From: Ostreococcus lucimarinus
Lineage: Eukaryota
Reading direction: 5' to 3' (one strand)
DNA length: 64,000 nt
Assembly (NCBI GenBank): GCA_000092065.1
Contig: CP000582.1
Positions 20,102-29,687 of the stretch are shown piece after piece. Position 1 is the first letter of the stretch. Every line of letters starts with the position of its first letter. The notes beneath the pieces are model-generated. The model saw only the letters and a program-made list of their open reading frames with translations. It ran no database searches and was not told the origin of the DNA. The position numbers and the translations under genes were made by a program.

Positions 20102-21142
20102 ATGGCGCGACGCGCGCGCCTGCGCACGCGGCTCACCGATCTCGTTCCCGGACTCGAGCATCCCGTGACGCAGGGCGGCATGCACCACGTCGCGTACGCC
20201 GCGCTCGTCGCCGCGGTGTCGAACGCCGGCGCGCTCGGCACGCTCACGGCGCTGACGCAGCCGACGCCCGAGGATCTGCGACGAGAGATCGCGCGAACGC
20301 GCGCGATGATCACGCGGAGGAGCGAAAAGAGTAAGAGCGGATACGCGCCGTTCGCGGTGAACTTCACGCTGCTGCCGGCGCTGCGACCGCCGGATTACGA
20401 ATCGTACGCGAGGGTGATTTGCGAGAGCGACGTCGAGGTGGTGGAGACGGCGGGAGCGAATCCGGGGAAATTCATCGAGATGTTCAAGAAAAAGGGGATA
20501 ATAGTGATACATAAGTGCACGACGCTGCGACACGCGCTGGCGGCGGAGCGGTTGGGGGTGGACGCGGTGAGCGTGGACGGGTTCGAGTGCGCGGGACATC
20601 CGGGGACGAACGACGTGGGGGCGATGGTTTTGTTGGCCAAGGCGCGAGACGTGCTGACGGTACCGTTTCTAGCGTGCGGGGGGATAGGAACTGGGAGGCA
20701 ACTCGCGGCGGCGCTGGCTTTGGGCGCGGATGGGGTGTGCATGGGGACGAGATTTATGGCGACGCGCGAGGCGCCGATTAAGGATGGCATCAAACGCGCG
20801 TTAATCGCCGCCGACGAGAACCAAACCACGCTCGTCATGACGACGGTGAAGAATCACGAGCGGGTGTATAAGAATAAAGTCGCCGAAGAAGTGCGCGCGA
20901 TCGAGGCGGTGAAGCCCGGAGACTTTGGCGCGATTCACCATTTAGTGCGCGGGGAAAACTATCGCGTATCGTTTCAGGAAACCGGCGACGCCGAATCGAG
21001 CGTCTGGAGCGCCGGATGCGTCATGGGTCTCATCGACGACGCCCCATCGTGCGACGAACTCCTCACGCGCATCATCGACGAGGCTGTGGACGTGATGACG
21101 ACGCGACTACATCGCATGATTGTCGTAGACGCCGCGCTCTGA
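20102..21142 (+). CDS. Nitronate monooxygenase / 2-nitropropane dioxygenase family (FabK-like) FMN oxidoreductase
   Basis: PVTQGGMHHVAYAALVAAVSNAGALGTL, the His loop VDGFECAGHPG and the glycine-rich FMN loop LACGGIGTGRQLAAALALGADGVCMGTRF are present. The N-terminal 166 aa of the listed ORF are antisense to PNPase and are discarded. Confidence 0.8.
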   Translation: MARRARLRTRLTDLVPGLEHPVTQGGMHHVAYAALVAAVSNAGALGTLTALTQPTPEDLRREIARTRAMITRRSEKSKSGYAPFAVNFTLLPALRPPDYESYARVICESDVEVVETAGANPGKFIEMFKKKGIIVIHKCTTLRHALAAERLGVDAVSVDGFECAGHPGTNDVGAMVLLAKARDVLTVPFLACGGIGTGRQLAAALALGADGVCMGTRFMATREAPIKDGIKRALIAADENQTTLVMTTVKNHERVYKNKVAEEVRAIEAVKPGDFGAIHHLVRGENYRVSFQETGDAESSVWSAGCVMGLIDDAPSCDELLTRIIDEAVDVMTTRLHRMIVVDAAL

Positions 21143-21242
21143 GCCGCGTTTCGCCGTAGAAGCTCCTTCTTCTCTCCTTCTCTTGTAGTTGACTTCATTT
21201 TCCCGCGCTCGGTCCTCGTCGTTCGCGCGCGCGCGCGCGAGC

Positions 21243-22379
21243 ATGTCGACCAAACCTTTCGACTACTCCAAATGGGACGCCATCGAGCTCAGCGACGACG
21301 AAGACAGCCATCCCGGGGCGCAATTCATCGAAGCTCAAACGCTGCGAAGGATCAAACGCGAGGCGCACGAGCACAAGGAGCGCGAGCGCATCGCGCGCGT
21401 GGACGCGCTGAAGACGAAAAAGAAGGCGCTGAAGCGCGAGATTAAAAGCGAGGAAGAGACGCTGGTGAGGACGGTGGAAACGCTGACGCCCGAAGCGGAC
21501 GGGAACGGGGACGGGGACGCGGCGAGACGCGCCGCGGAGACGGCGCGAGCGACGATCGAAGCGAAACGGACGGAACTCGCCGACGTTGAGCGTCAAATAG
21601 AGGCGTTGGAGCATCAAAAGAAGTTCAACGCGGAGGAGATGTGTTACGTGGCGAGTGAGAAGACATTGGTCGGCGCGGCGTGCAAGCCGGAGGAAGTGGC
21701 TCGAGCGCAAACGATGTCGTACGAAGAGTACGTGAAGACATACGGGGAGGATTTGGATGAAATTGCGAGCGGTAACGCGTCGATGTCGTACGGTGAGCTC
21801 GGAGAATGGTTCGCGAACGGCAAGTTGCACCTATTTTGTGAACACTCCACGGGATACTTGCTCTTGAAATCGCTTTACTTGGAGATGGAGAAGAAGACGC
21901 GCGAGGCGAGGACGTGCGCTCGGGTCGCTTTCGCTTGCAAATCCATCGGCGAATTCGCCGAGGCTGGTAAAAAGAGCGAGCGAGACGCGGCGGAACCATT
22001 TTTTAGACGACTAGACACCAACCCGGACGTCGCTCGCGAGTACGAAAAGTCCTTCGACGAGTACTTTGAAAAGCTCCGCGAGCGCGCCGAGGTCAAGCTT
22101 CGCGAGGAAGCCGCGTCGGCGTCCGCCGCCGAGCCCACGTCGCTCGAAGAAGTCCCTTTAGAAGACCGTCTCGGTCCCGGCGGTCTCGACCCGGTCGCCG
22201 TGTACGACGCCCTCCCTCGCGAGATGCGCGAAGCCTTCGATTCCGGCTCCGTCGACGCGTTGAAAAAATTTGTCAACTCCCTCCCCATGGACGAGGCTCG
22301 CGCGCACATGCGCGCGATGGTGGACAGCGGTCTTTGGGTTCCGACCCCGGGCGAGGATCCAGGCGAGGCTCTGCGCTGA
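21243..22379 (+). CDS. CDC37: Hsp90 co-chaperone Cdc37
   Basis: The N-terminus FDYSKWDAIELSDDEDSHPG..LRRIKREAHEHKERER matches the Cdc37 N-domain (VDYSVWDHIEVSDDED), followed by middle and C-terminal helical domains. Confidence 0.85.
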   Translation: MSTKPFDYSKWDAIELSDDEDSHPGAQFIEAQTLRRIKREAHEHKERERIARVDALKTKKKALKREIKSEEETLVRTVETLTPEADGNGDGDAARRAAETARATIEAKRTELADVERQIEALEHQKKFNAEEMCYVASEKTLVGAACKPEEVARAQTMSYEEYVKTYGEDLDEIASGNASMSYGELGEWFANGKLHLFCEHSTGYLLLKSLYLEMEKKTREARTCARVAFACKSIGEFAEAGKKSERDAAEPFFRRLDTNPDVAREYEKSFDEYFEKLRERAEVKLREEAASASAAEPTSLEEVPLEDRLGPGGLDPVAVYDALPREMREAFDSGSVDALKKFVNSLPMDEARAHMRAMVDSGLWVPTPGEDPGEALR

Positions 22380-22494
22380 GCTCGGTCGTGTCGTCGCGAT
22401 TCCCTCGACGCGCGCGCGACCGCCTGATTTTTCAACTGTAACATCTGACCCTTCGTTTCCTCTTTCCCCTCACGCGCTCCCGCACACGCCGACG

Positions 22495-25400
22495 ATGCCC
22501 GCCGCCGACGCGGACGCGCCCGCGCGCGACGACGACGCGGGATTCGTCGTGCGCACCATCTCGAGGCGTCCGTGCGTGACCTGCGTCGCGACGCTCTTGT
22601 TCGCCGCGATAATTTCCGCCGTCGGTTTGGTGACGGGGACGCTCGAGGTGCAGACCGAAGGCTGGGAAACGCGCGGCACGCCGATCGCGAATCGCCAGGT
22701 GCCGTACAGCCTGTACAGCGAGAGCACGTTCGACGACGGCACGACGAACAACGCGTACCTGAGCGAACCGAACGCGCGACGAAAGTTGTTGTCTGGGACG
22801 CCCGACTGCGGAACGGGGGGGCAGTACGACTCGGAGAGCAACAGTAACATGGAGGACGACAACAATTTTCACTTGATATTCGAATCGACGGGGGGGGATT
22901 TGTTCACGCCGGAAGCGTTCGCGGATATGTGCAAGGCGACGGAGTCTTTCATGGATCACGCCAACGGGGGCGGCGACGGCGACGACTTTGGAAGCCTGTG
23001 CGAGCGACAGAGCGTATGCTCGAGCGCCAGCGATCCGCCGGGGACGACGTCGTCGGATTGGTCGTCGGGTGGGACGTATAAAGGAACGTGGCAGAACTGG
23101 CAGATCGAAACTTCGGGCTCGCCTTCGACGTACAGGCGATGCTCGCGGGCCTTTTCGTACCCCACGTATCTGTACATGAACACCGCCGGGGCCTCGAGCT
23201 GCGACGACTACTTAACAAACTCTGCGTTGCAAACGGCTCTGACGAATTTGAAGACATACTTACTCGCCTGCGCCCCCGTGAAGGCTGCTGATTCTGAGGC
23301 GGCTTGTTCGGGAACTTCGCCTGTGCCTTGGAAGTCGGCGGCGCTCGGTGAAGCTTTCGGCTTAAATGGCGTCACCGATTTATCGCTCACCCGCTCCATC
23401 ATCCCAACGACTGGCAACAGCGATATGATCGCAACATGGGGTTTGAACACGTGGGAAGGCGGTTGGACGTACTCGAGTTCGTATTTCAACGTGTACTATG
23501 ACACCGCTAGTTCGGACGTAAAAGACGCGTATGTCGACGAACAGCTGTTCAAAGACTTGGCGCTCGCCGTCAGCGCCATCTCCATCATTATCATCTTGAT
23601 GTGGGTGCACATGGGTTCGGTGCTATTGACCGTGGGTGGAATCGTACAAGTGCTACTGGCGTTCCCGTCGGCCATTTTCTTCACCAAGACGCTCTGTCAA
23701 CTCGACTTCTTTCCGTTTCTCAACTTCATCGGTCTTTTTGTGATCGCCGGCATCGGCGCCGACGATTGCTTCGTGATGTACGACAAGTTCCAACAGTCCA
23801 AGTGTCGGTGCGTCCCCGGGGCGAACGCTACGGAAGTCATGAAACGCGCGTATTGGGATTCCGCGTGGGCCATGTTTTTGACGTCGATGACTACGGCTGC
23901 AGCGTTCTACTCGAACGCAATCATACCCATCGCTCCCATTCGCGTCTTCGCAATTTTCATGGGCACGATGGTCATATTTGACTATCTGTATGATATCACG
24001 ATATTTGCCGCTTTGCTGGCATGGCAGCACGACGTCATCGTTGGGTACGAAAACACTGGCAAGAACACGTTTGGGTCGTGGTTTCTGGATTTTTATGGCT
24101 CAATCGCACGCTTTCGAGCCAACTGCAAGAAAGGACCACCAAAAACCCGCGACGCTGACGATGTCATCGATTCCAACCGCGAACGAAGATCGGTGGCTGA
24201 AGCTATGCTCGCAGACAAAGTGTTCCCCATCATTCACACACTCCGGTGGTTCCTCGTGGTGGCTCTCATCGGTGCTTTTGCGGGCGGCATGGTCGGCACT
24301 TTGAAGCTGTCGACTCCGCGTGACTCGGAAGTCCAATTGCTCCCTGACGACCACATGTTCACGAAATTTTCGTTCCTCAGGCGTTCAGGCTTCAAGAGCT
24401 CAACGGAGTCTCAGGTGTGGACGAAAGTTCTGTGGGGGGTTACTCCGTCGGACAATGGCGATCACTTCAACCCCGCGAGCCGAGCTTCGATTGAATGGGA
24501 CACGTCGTTCGATCTTTCACCCACTGCGAATCAAAACTGGTTGAAGACTTTTTGCAGTGACACAAAGTCGAACATGGCGAACGATAACGCAGCGTATTGT
24601 TGGTTCGAATACTTTGAAACTTGGCTCGGCTCGGCGGGTGGCCCGACCGAGTGTGGCGGCTACAAATTCATTCCAGTCCCTCAGGCCAACTTTTACAGTT
24701 GCGTCAAGTATTACGCCGATCAGAATCCAAGTGTACAGATGATGTCTCGCCCACTCTCGAACGCGTTCTACACTAGTAATGGCCAAACAAGGATGAAAAT
24801 CATGTCGGTGCAGTTCGCCACAAACGTATTGTGGACCGCGCCTACGGAAGACCTTGAAAAAGTCTGGCAAACTTGGGAGAACTATTTCGCGGCCAAGATG
24901 GCGACAGCACCAGCTGGACTTAAGAACGGGTTTCAAACGTCTGACGCATGGGCTTGGATGGATACCGTCGCTCAGATGCGAGACGGTGCGTACATCGCGG
25001 CCGGGACGACGCTCGCAATCGCTGCGGTGACGACGATGATCTCCACGCAAAACGTCATCATCACCTTGTACTCACTGTTGTGCATCTTGACGATTCTCGT
25101 CGTCACGGTCGCCGGGGTCGTTTCCATGGGCTGGAATCTCGGGTTCCTCGAAGGGATCTGTCTCGTCATCTTAATCGGGCTTTCGGTTGATTACGTCGTT
25201 CACATCGGGCACGCGTACGCGCACGCTGCTCGCCACGAAGGCGTCAGTCGTCGGGAATGCGCTCGCTCGGCGCTCAGTGTCATGGGTTTCCCCGTCCTCG
25301 GTGCGGCGTTCACAACTCTGTGCGCTGCGCTTGCGTTACTTCAAGCCGTGATCGTCTTTTTCACAAAGTTCGGCACCATCGTCGTGCTCTCCGCCGTCTT

Positions 25401-25530
25401 CTCGTCCATCGTCTCCGTCGTGTTGTTCATCGGCCTGCTCGCGGCGGCGGGTCCGGTCAACGGTATGGGCGACGTCACGCGCCTCTGTGGACGAAAAGCG
25501 TTGTCCAAGAGCAAGAGCATTGCGTACTAA
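22495..25530 (+). CDS. Sterol-sensing-domain RND-superfamily transporter (Patched/Dispatched/NPC1-like)
   Basis: Two TM bundles each follow a large loop. The SSD hallmark GIGADDCFVMYDKF is present, with the repeat GLSVDYVVHIGHAY in the second bundle. Confidence 0.75.
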   Translation: MPAADADAPARDDDAGFVVRTISRRPCVTCVATLLFAAIISAVGLVTGTLEVQTEGWETRGTPIANRQVPYSLYSESTFDDGTTNNAYLSEPNARRKLLSGTPDCGTGGQYDSESNSNMEDDNNFHLIFESTGGDLFTPEAFADMCKATESFMDHANGGGDGDDFGSLCERQSVCSSASDPPGTTSSDWSSGGTYKGTWQNWQIETSGSPSTYRRCSRAFSYPTYLYMNTAGASSCDDYLTNSALQTALTNLKTYLLACAPVKAADSEAACSGTSPVPWKSAALGEAFGLNGVTDLSLTRSIIPTTGNSDMIATWGLNTWEGGWTYSSSYFNVYYDTASSDVKDAYVDEQLFKDLALAVSAISIIIILMWVHMGSVLLTVGGIVQVLLAFPSAIFFTKTLCQLDFFPFLNFIGLFVIAGIGADDCFVMYDKFQQSKCRCVPGANATEVMKRAYWDSAWAMFLTSMTTAAAFYSNAIIPIAPIRVFAIFMGTMVIFDYLYDITIFAALLAWQHDVIVGYENTGKNTFGSWFLDFYGSIARFRANCKKGPPKTRDADDVIDSNRERRSVAEAMLADKVFPIIHTLRWFLVVALIGAFAGGMVGTLKLSTPRDSEVQLLPDDHMFTKFSFLRRSGFKSSTESQVWTKVLWGVTPSDNGDHFNPASRASIEWDTSFDLSPTANQNWLKTFCSDTKSNMANDNAAYCWFEYFETWLGSAGGPTECGGYKFIPVPQANFYSCVKYYADQNPSVQMMSRPLSNAFYTSNGQTRMKIMSVQFATNVLWTAPTEDLEKVWQTWENYFAAKMATAPAGLKNGFQTSDAWAWMDTVAQMRDGAYIAAGTTLAIAAVTTMISTQNVIITLYSLLCILTILVVTVAGVVSMGWNLGFLEGICLVILIGLSVDYVVHIGHAYAHAARHEGVSRRECARSALSVMGFPVLGAAFTTLCAALALLQAVIVFFTKFGTIVVLSAVFSSIVSVVLFIGLLAAAGPVNGMGDVTRLCGRKALSKSKSIAY

Positions 25531-25593
25531 TCGGTGCAACTTGTACGGCTTTTTACAAATTTTTCACTTTACTGTAATTTATTACAACACTCT

Positions 25594-26610
25594 TCACACG
25601 CCGGCCTGCGCGACGCGTTGAAGAAACATCTCAAACGAATCCACGTACGCCCGCTTCCCCTCTCCCACGCGCGCCTCCTGGTAAAGCGCGCACGACGTCT
25701 CCTGGTAAAGCGCGCACGACGTCTCGACCGCATCGCCTGAATATCCTCGCAATGTCGCGCGGGCGAATACTAAACTCGGCCGCGACGCGCCTTCGTGGTC
25801 GAACACATCCGTCGCGCGCACGGCGTCGTCGCCGAATGCCGCCACCATCGCCGCCAACAACCGCGCGCGGCCAAGACTGGGGTAGACGACAAAAAATTCT
25901 CCATCCTCTCTCAGCGCCTCCTTTGCGAACCCGATAAAGTCGTGAATCGTCGCCGCGCCTCCATCCTCCAGTATGCCAAACCGAGCGCCTTTTTTCTCTT
26001 TATTCTTCGGCGGCGTCCCGCGCGTCGCCTCGAAAAACGGTGGGTTCGTCAGCACCACATCGAACGCCCGCCGCATTTTACGATCGTCCAGCAGCGCCCG
26101 CGCGTCTTCCACGACATCCCCCGGCACGACGTCGAACGCATCGCTCGCTCGCGCGTTCGTCTCGACGCTTCGTCGAAGCCTCTCGCAGCTGTCCCGCTGC
26201 GCCTCGACGAACGTCGCGCGCGCGGGCCGCGCTCCCGACAGCGCGTACGCGAGCCCGACCGCCCCGCTCGAGCCCGCCCCGAGGTCGCACGCGCGATCGG
26301 CGAAACTCTCGACGTCGCCGCGGCTTCGTCTCGCGAACCACGCGAGGGCGAGGGCGTCGACGCCCGTGCGGTAGCCGACTTTGCTTTGCACCACGCGAAG
26401 CTTCGAGGCGCCGAGCACGTCGAGAGTTTCGCCGTCGGCGACGCGCGGCGCGCGCGGAGCGGTCGAAAGCGCGCGGACGATCGTCGTCGCGGGACGAGCG
26501 GCGCGAGGGGACGCGAGCGCGGCGCGCATGGGTGGGGAGTCGCGCGCGCGAGGCGGCGACTGCCGTCGCGCGCGTCTTCGGTAGCCGCGTCGTCGTCGTC
26601 GTTGGGTCAC
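25594..26610 (-). CDS. N6-adenine methyltransferase (small-domain MTase with NPPF motif; TrmN6/YfiC-like)
   Basis: The SAM motif DLGAGSSGAVGLAYAL and the catalytic VVLTNPPFFE are present. The start is uncertain; an internal candidate lies at 26529. It contains a 24-nt in-frame tandem duplication (see findings). Confidence 0.55.
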   Translation of the reverse strand: MTQRRRRRGYRRRARRQSPPRARDSPPMRAALASPRAARPATTIVRALSTAPRAPRVADGETLDVLGASKLRVVQSKVGYRTGVDALALAWFARRSRGDVESFADRACDLGAGSSGAVGLAYALSGARPARATFVEAQRDSCERLRRSVETNARASDAFDVVPGDVVEDARALLDDRKMRRAFDVVLTNPPFFEATRGTPPKNKEKKGARFGILEDGGAATIHDFIGFAKEALREDGEFFVVYPSLGRARLLAAMVAAFGDDAVRATDVFDHEGASRPSLVFARATLRGYSGDAVETSCALYQETSCALYQEARVGEGKRAYVDSFEMFLQRVAQAGV

Positions 26611-26737
26611 AAACGTCTACGTGGGCGCGCGTCGCCAGTTCTTCTAATTAATCGTTGATCACGTACACACAATACACTCTCACGCCTCCCGCCTATCGTT
26701 GTCGAATAAAGAATTGTATTCTTCTCGCCGAGCGCGT

Positions 26738-27459
26738 TTACGCCGTCAAGAGACCCTTGTCCCGTCGCAACTCTTGCTTGTACTTGGACATGCGCGCCTT
26801 GCGTCGAGCGCCGGTGTTCTTGTGCAAGATCCCCCGCGCCACGGCCTTATCCACGGACTTTGTCGCTTCCGAGATCAACGTTTCCAAACCGCTAATATCC
26901 GCCTCCGTGCACGCGTCCGCCGCCATGAGTTCGCTCGCGTTGACGAAAACCTTCTTCATTCGCGTCGTGATTTCAGACTTTCGCGCCTTGTTATACAAGC
27001 GTTCCTTTTGCGACAATCGCGTGCGCGCAACCTTGTTTTGCGCCGCGCGCACGATGAAAGCCCCTCGAGCCGGCGACGCCGTCGTCGAGCCTGCGCGCGC
27101 GCGACCCCGCGTTTAGGGTTCCAGGTCAGTCACCGCCCCGTCCGCGCGCTTCTTATCTCCCCCTTCCTCCCGCGCGCGCGACGCGCGTTCGCCCGTCGCG
27201 CGCCGTCGAGCGATCGTCGAGAAACGCATCGTCCTCTTCCCGCGATCGCGCGACGCGTCGCGCCGCGCGCGCGCGCCCGCGACCCCTCATCGCCGCGCGC
27301 GCGCCTCCCACCGCGTCGCGCGCCGTCGCGCGCGCGTCGTCGCGCGTCGCGCGTCGCGCGTCGCGCGTCGCCCGGAGCGCGTCCGATTCGACGATTCGTA
27401 CCTCGAGCGAGCGCGGTCTTGGACGCGACGGCGTTGGAGAACGTGAGCGCGGCGTGCAT
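26738..27459 (-). CDS. Organelle-targeted bacterial-type ribosomal protein bS20, nuclear-encoded, two exons
   Basis: Exon 2 (26738..27090) is collinear with bacterial S20 (RAAQNKVARTRLSQKERLYNKARKSEITTRMKKV..GILHKNTGARRKAR). It has no in-frame ATG: a TAA lies upstream and the listed ORF starts at GTG. Exon 1 (27402..27459) encodes MHAALTFSNAVASKTALAR-G, ends at a GTACGA donor, and joins in phase 1 to a CGCGCAG acceptor at 27091. Confidence 0.75.
27091..27401 (-). other. Spliceosomal intron of the bS20 gene (311 nt, phase 1)
   Basis: Donor GTACGA and acceptor ..CGCGCAG|GC restore the frame between the presequence exon and the S20 body. Confidence 0.6.
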
Positions 27460-27651
27460 GGCGCGTCGATGTGTGCGGCGTCGCGCGCGCGGCGACGTCG
27501 CCGCGCCGGCGCGCGCGAAAAGAGCCTTAAATATGAGATTTGATGGCGCGACGGCGGTGTCGTTCGTACGTTCGTGTGTTTATCACTGTTTACACATACA
27601 CAGATTGCGCGGTCGGTCGCGCCCGTCGGTCGCGCGCGCGCGCGCGTCCGC
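27460..27651. promoter_or_regulatory. Bidirectional promoter region (bS20 / NUDIX) containing a (CGCGTCG)n heptamer array
   Basis: Divergent ATGs lie at 27459 (-) and 27652 (+); gtcgcgcgtcgcgcgtcgcgcgtcgc tandem heptamers at ~27340-27375 lie just 5' within the bS20 intron. Confidence 0.35.
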
Positions 27652-28368
27652 ATGGCGCCGCGCGCGCTCGCCGCGCGCGCGCGTCCGGCGCCGATTCGCG
27701 CGCGCGCTCGAAGAGAACGTCGTCGCGCTCTCGCGTCGTCGTCGAGCGCGAGCGACGAGCTGTGCGCGCGCGTGGACGAGCTGAATGCATTCGTCGGCTG
27801 CGAGACGCGCGCGGTGACGGTGCGCGAGCGCGCGCTCGGCCGCGGCGCGTTCGGCGTCGTCCTGCGCGCGTCTCGCGACGGCGGCGTCGGCGCGCTCGAC
27901 GCGCTGGTGACGCGGCGGAGCGAGACGAAGGACGTGTGGCCGGGCGGGACGGACGCGGCGACGAGCGGCGTGGTGCGCGCGACGCGAGGGCGCGACGGCG
28001 AGGCGGCGGCGGCGGAGACGTACGAGGAAACGATGCGACGGGAGCTGGAGGAAGAGCTCGGGAGCGATGCGGCGAGAGGCGCGAGCGTGCGGGAGTTGTT
28101 CACGTTTCCGTACGAGGACGCGTACATGCGAGTGTTCGGCGCGTGCTTTGAAATCGTGCTCAGGGACGACGCCGAAATCGAATTCGCGGACGGCGAAGTG
28201 GCGGCGGCGAGATTCGTGAGTCTGGATGAGTTGGCGAGGAGCCTGAGAGAGGGGCGGGAGAATTTCACGCCGATCGGGAAGTACGTGCTGGAGTCGTACT
28301 TGGCCTTCGTCGAGACGGGCGCGCGGCCGCCCTCGGCGTGGGCCGAGCGGCGCGTCGAACCTTCGTGA
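27652..28368 (+). CDS. NUDIX hydrolase
   Basis: The Nudix box GRDGEAAAAETYEETMRRELEEELG fits GX5EX7REUXEEXGU. Confidence 0.7.
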   Translation: MAPRALAARARPAPIRARARRERRRALASSSSASDELCARVDELNAFVGCETRAVTVRERALGRGAFGVVLRASRDGGVGALDALVTRRSETKDVWPGGTDAATSGVVRATRGRDGEAAAAETYEETMRRELEEELGSDAARGASVRELFTFPYEDAYMRVFGACFEIVLRDDAEIEFADGEVAAARFVSLDELARSLREGRENFTPIGKYVLESYLAFVETGARPPSAWAERRVEPS

Positions 28369-28437
28369 GAGACGAGTGCTTTGCATTTAAAAATAATCGC
28401 GCTAGTGTAGAGTGTAGTATAATTCGTTTGGATGTAG

Positions 28438-29472
28438 TCAGTTCTCTAAGCCGTCCGTGCGGGTGGCCGGTCCCACGGCTTTTTCCATGCGCTCGTACCA
28501 GGGGCGGATCGAAGTGTTCGCCATGACGTCCGCGAACGTCTCAAACGTCTTCACGGCGCGCAAGACACCGAACACGCACAAATCTGCGTTATTCGGCGCA
28601 TCGCCGCCGCAGAATTTACGAGAGCCGACCGCTTCGTCGACGAACTTGTCGCACTCGGCGTATAAATCGGCGCGCTCGTCCTCGATTCCGTGTCGCTTCT
28701 TCAGCACGCGATGGGCGATGACGTACATGGACGCCGCCCCCACCCATCTCGCGCTCTCGCGCTCAAAGTACCCAAAATTCCCTCTCTTTGTGATGTAATC
28801 GAAAGATTTCACCGCTTCCGCCCACGTGCGGTAGATGTTCGGCGTCAAAACGTGCACGAAGCGTTCGTCGACCCACTTCGTCCACGTCGCCTCGCGTTCG
28901 AGGTACGCCTTCGTCTTCTTCGCCCCGAACCACGCCCCCGCGTTCGCGCTCGACCCGCTCGCGTCGAACCGCTTCGTGAGCTCGGCGATGATCGCGCTCG
29001 AATCGTTCAACTTTTCGTCCCCCACGGTGACGATCGGGACCTTTTTCCATCCATCCTCGACCCATCCCAGTTCGCCCTTCGTCATCGGGTTCACCTCCAC
29101 GACGTCGTACGGCGTCCCGTGATAATCCAAAAACGCCTTCACCTTGTTACAGAACGGGCACACGTCGTACTGATACAGCGTCACGCGCGCGCCTCCGAGC
29201 GCCGCGTCCGCCGGGCTCGTCCTCGGCGCCTCCGCGCTCGCCTCGCGTCCCGCCGTCGTCGCCGCGAGCGCCGCCGCCGCCGCCGCCGCCGCCGTCGCCG
29301 TCGCCGCCGTCCCCGCGCGCGTCCTCGTCGACGCGCGCGCCGTCGTCGCCGCCGTCGACGCGCGATGCGTCATCGCGCGCGTCGTCGTCGCGCGCATCGG
29401 CGTCGCGCGCGTCACCGCGTCGCGCATCAGCGACATCGCCCGTCGACGCGCCGACGCCGTCGTCGTCATCAT
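28438..29472 (-). CDS. PTGES2: Prostaglandin E synthase 2-like GST/glutaredoxin-fold protein
   Basis: VTLYQYDVCPFCNKVKAFLDYHGTPYDVVEVNP..KKVPIVTVGDEKLNDSSAIIAEL matches the PGES2 N-terminal Grx-like CPFC domain, followed by a GST-C-like region; there is an N-terminal presequence. Confidence 0.75.
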   Translation of the reverse strand: MMTTTASARRRAMSLMRDAVTRATPMRATTTRAMTHRASTAATTARASTRTRAGTAATATAAAAAAAALAATTAGREASAEAPRTSPADAALGGARVTLYQYDVCPFCNKVKAFLDYHGTPYDVVEVNPMTKGELGWVEDGWKKVPIVTVGDEKLNDSSAIIAELTKRFDASGSSANAGAWFGAKKTKAYLEREATWTKWVDERFVHVLTPNIYRTWAEAVKSFDYITKRGNFGYFERESARWVGAASMYVIAHRVLKKRHGIEDERADLYAECDKFVDEAVGSRKFCGGDAPNNADLCVFGVLRAVKTFETFADVMANTSIRPWYERMEKAVGPATRTDGLEN

Positions 29473-29687
29473 TCCGAATCGATCGTCCGCGCGTTCGCGC
29501 GCGCGTCGGCGATGCCTCGGCGCGAGACCGCGGCGTCGACGATGCCCTCGCGCGCCGTCGTCGAGCCCGCGCGCGCGTCGTCGTCGCGTCGCGAAGTCTC
29601 GTCGACGCGCCGTCGATGCGCGCGCGACGTCACGTCGCGACGCGCGACGACGACGGCGCGCGACGTCGCGCGCGCCGCGCGAGCGGG

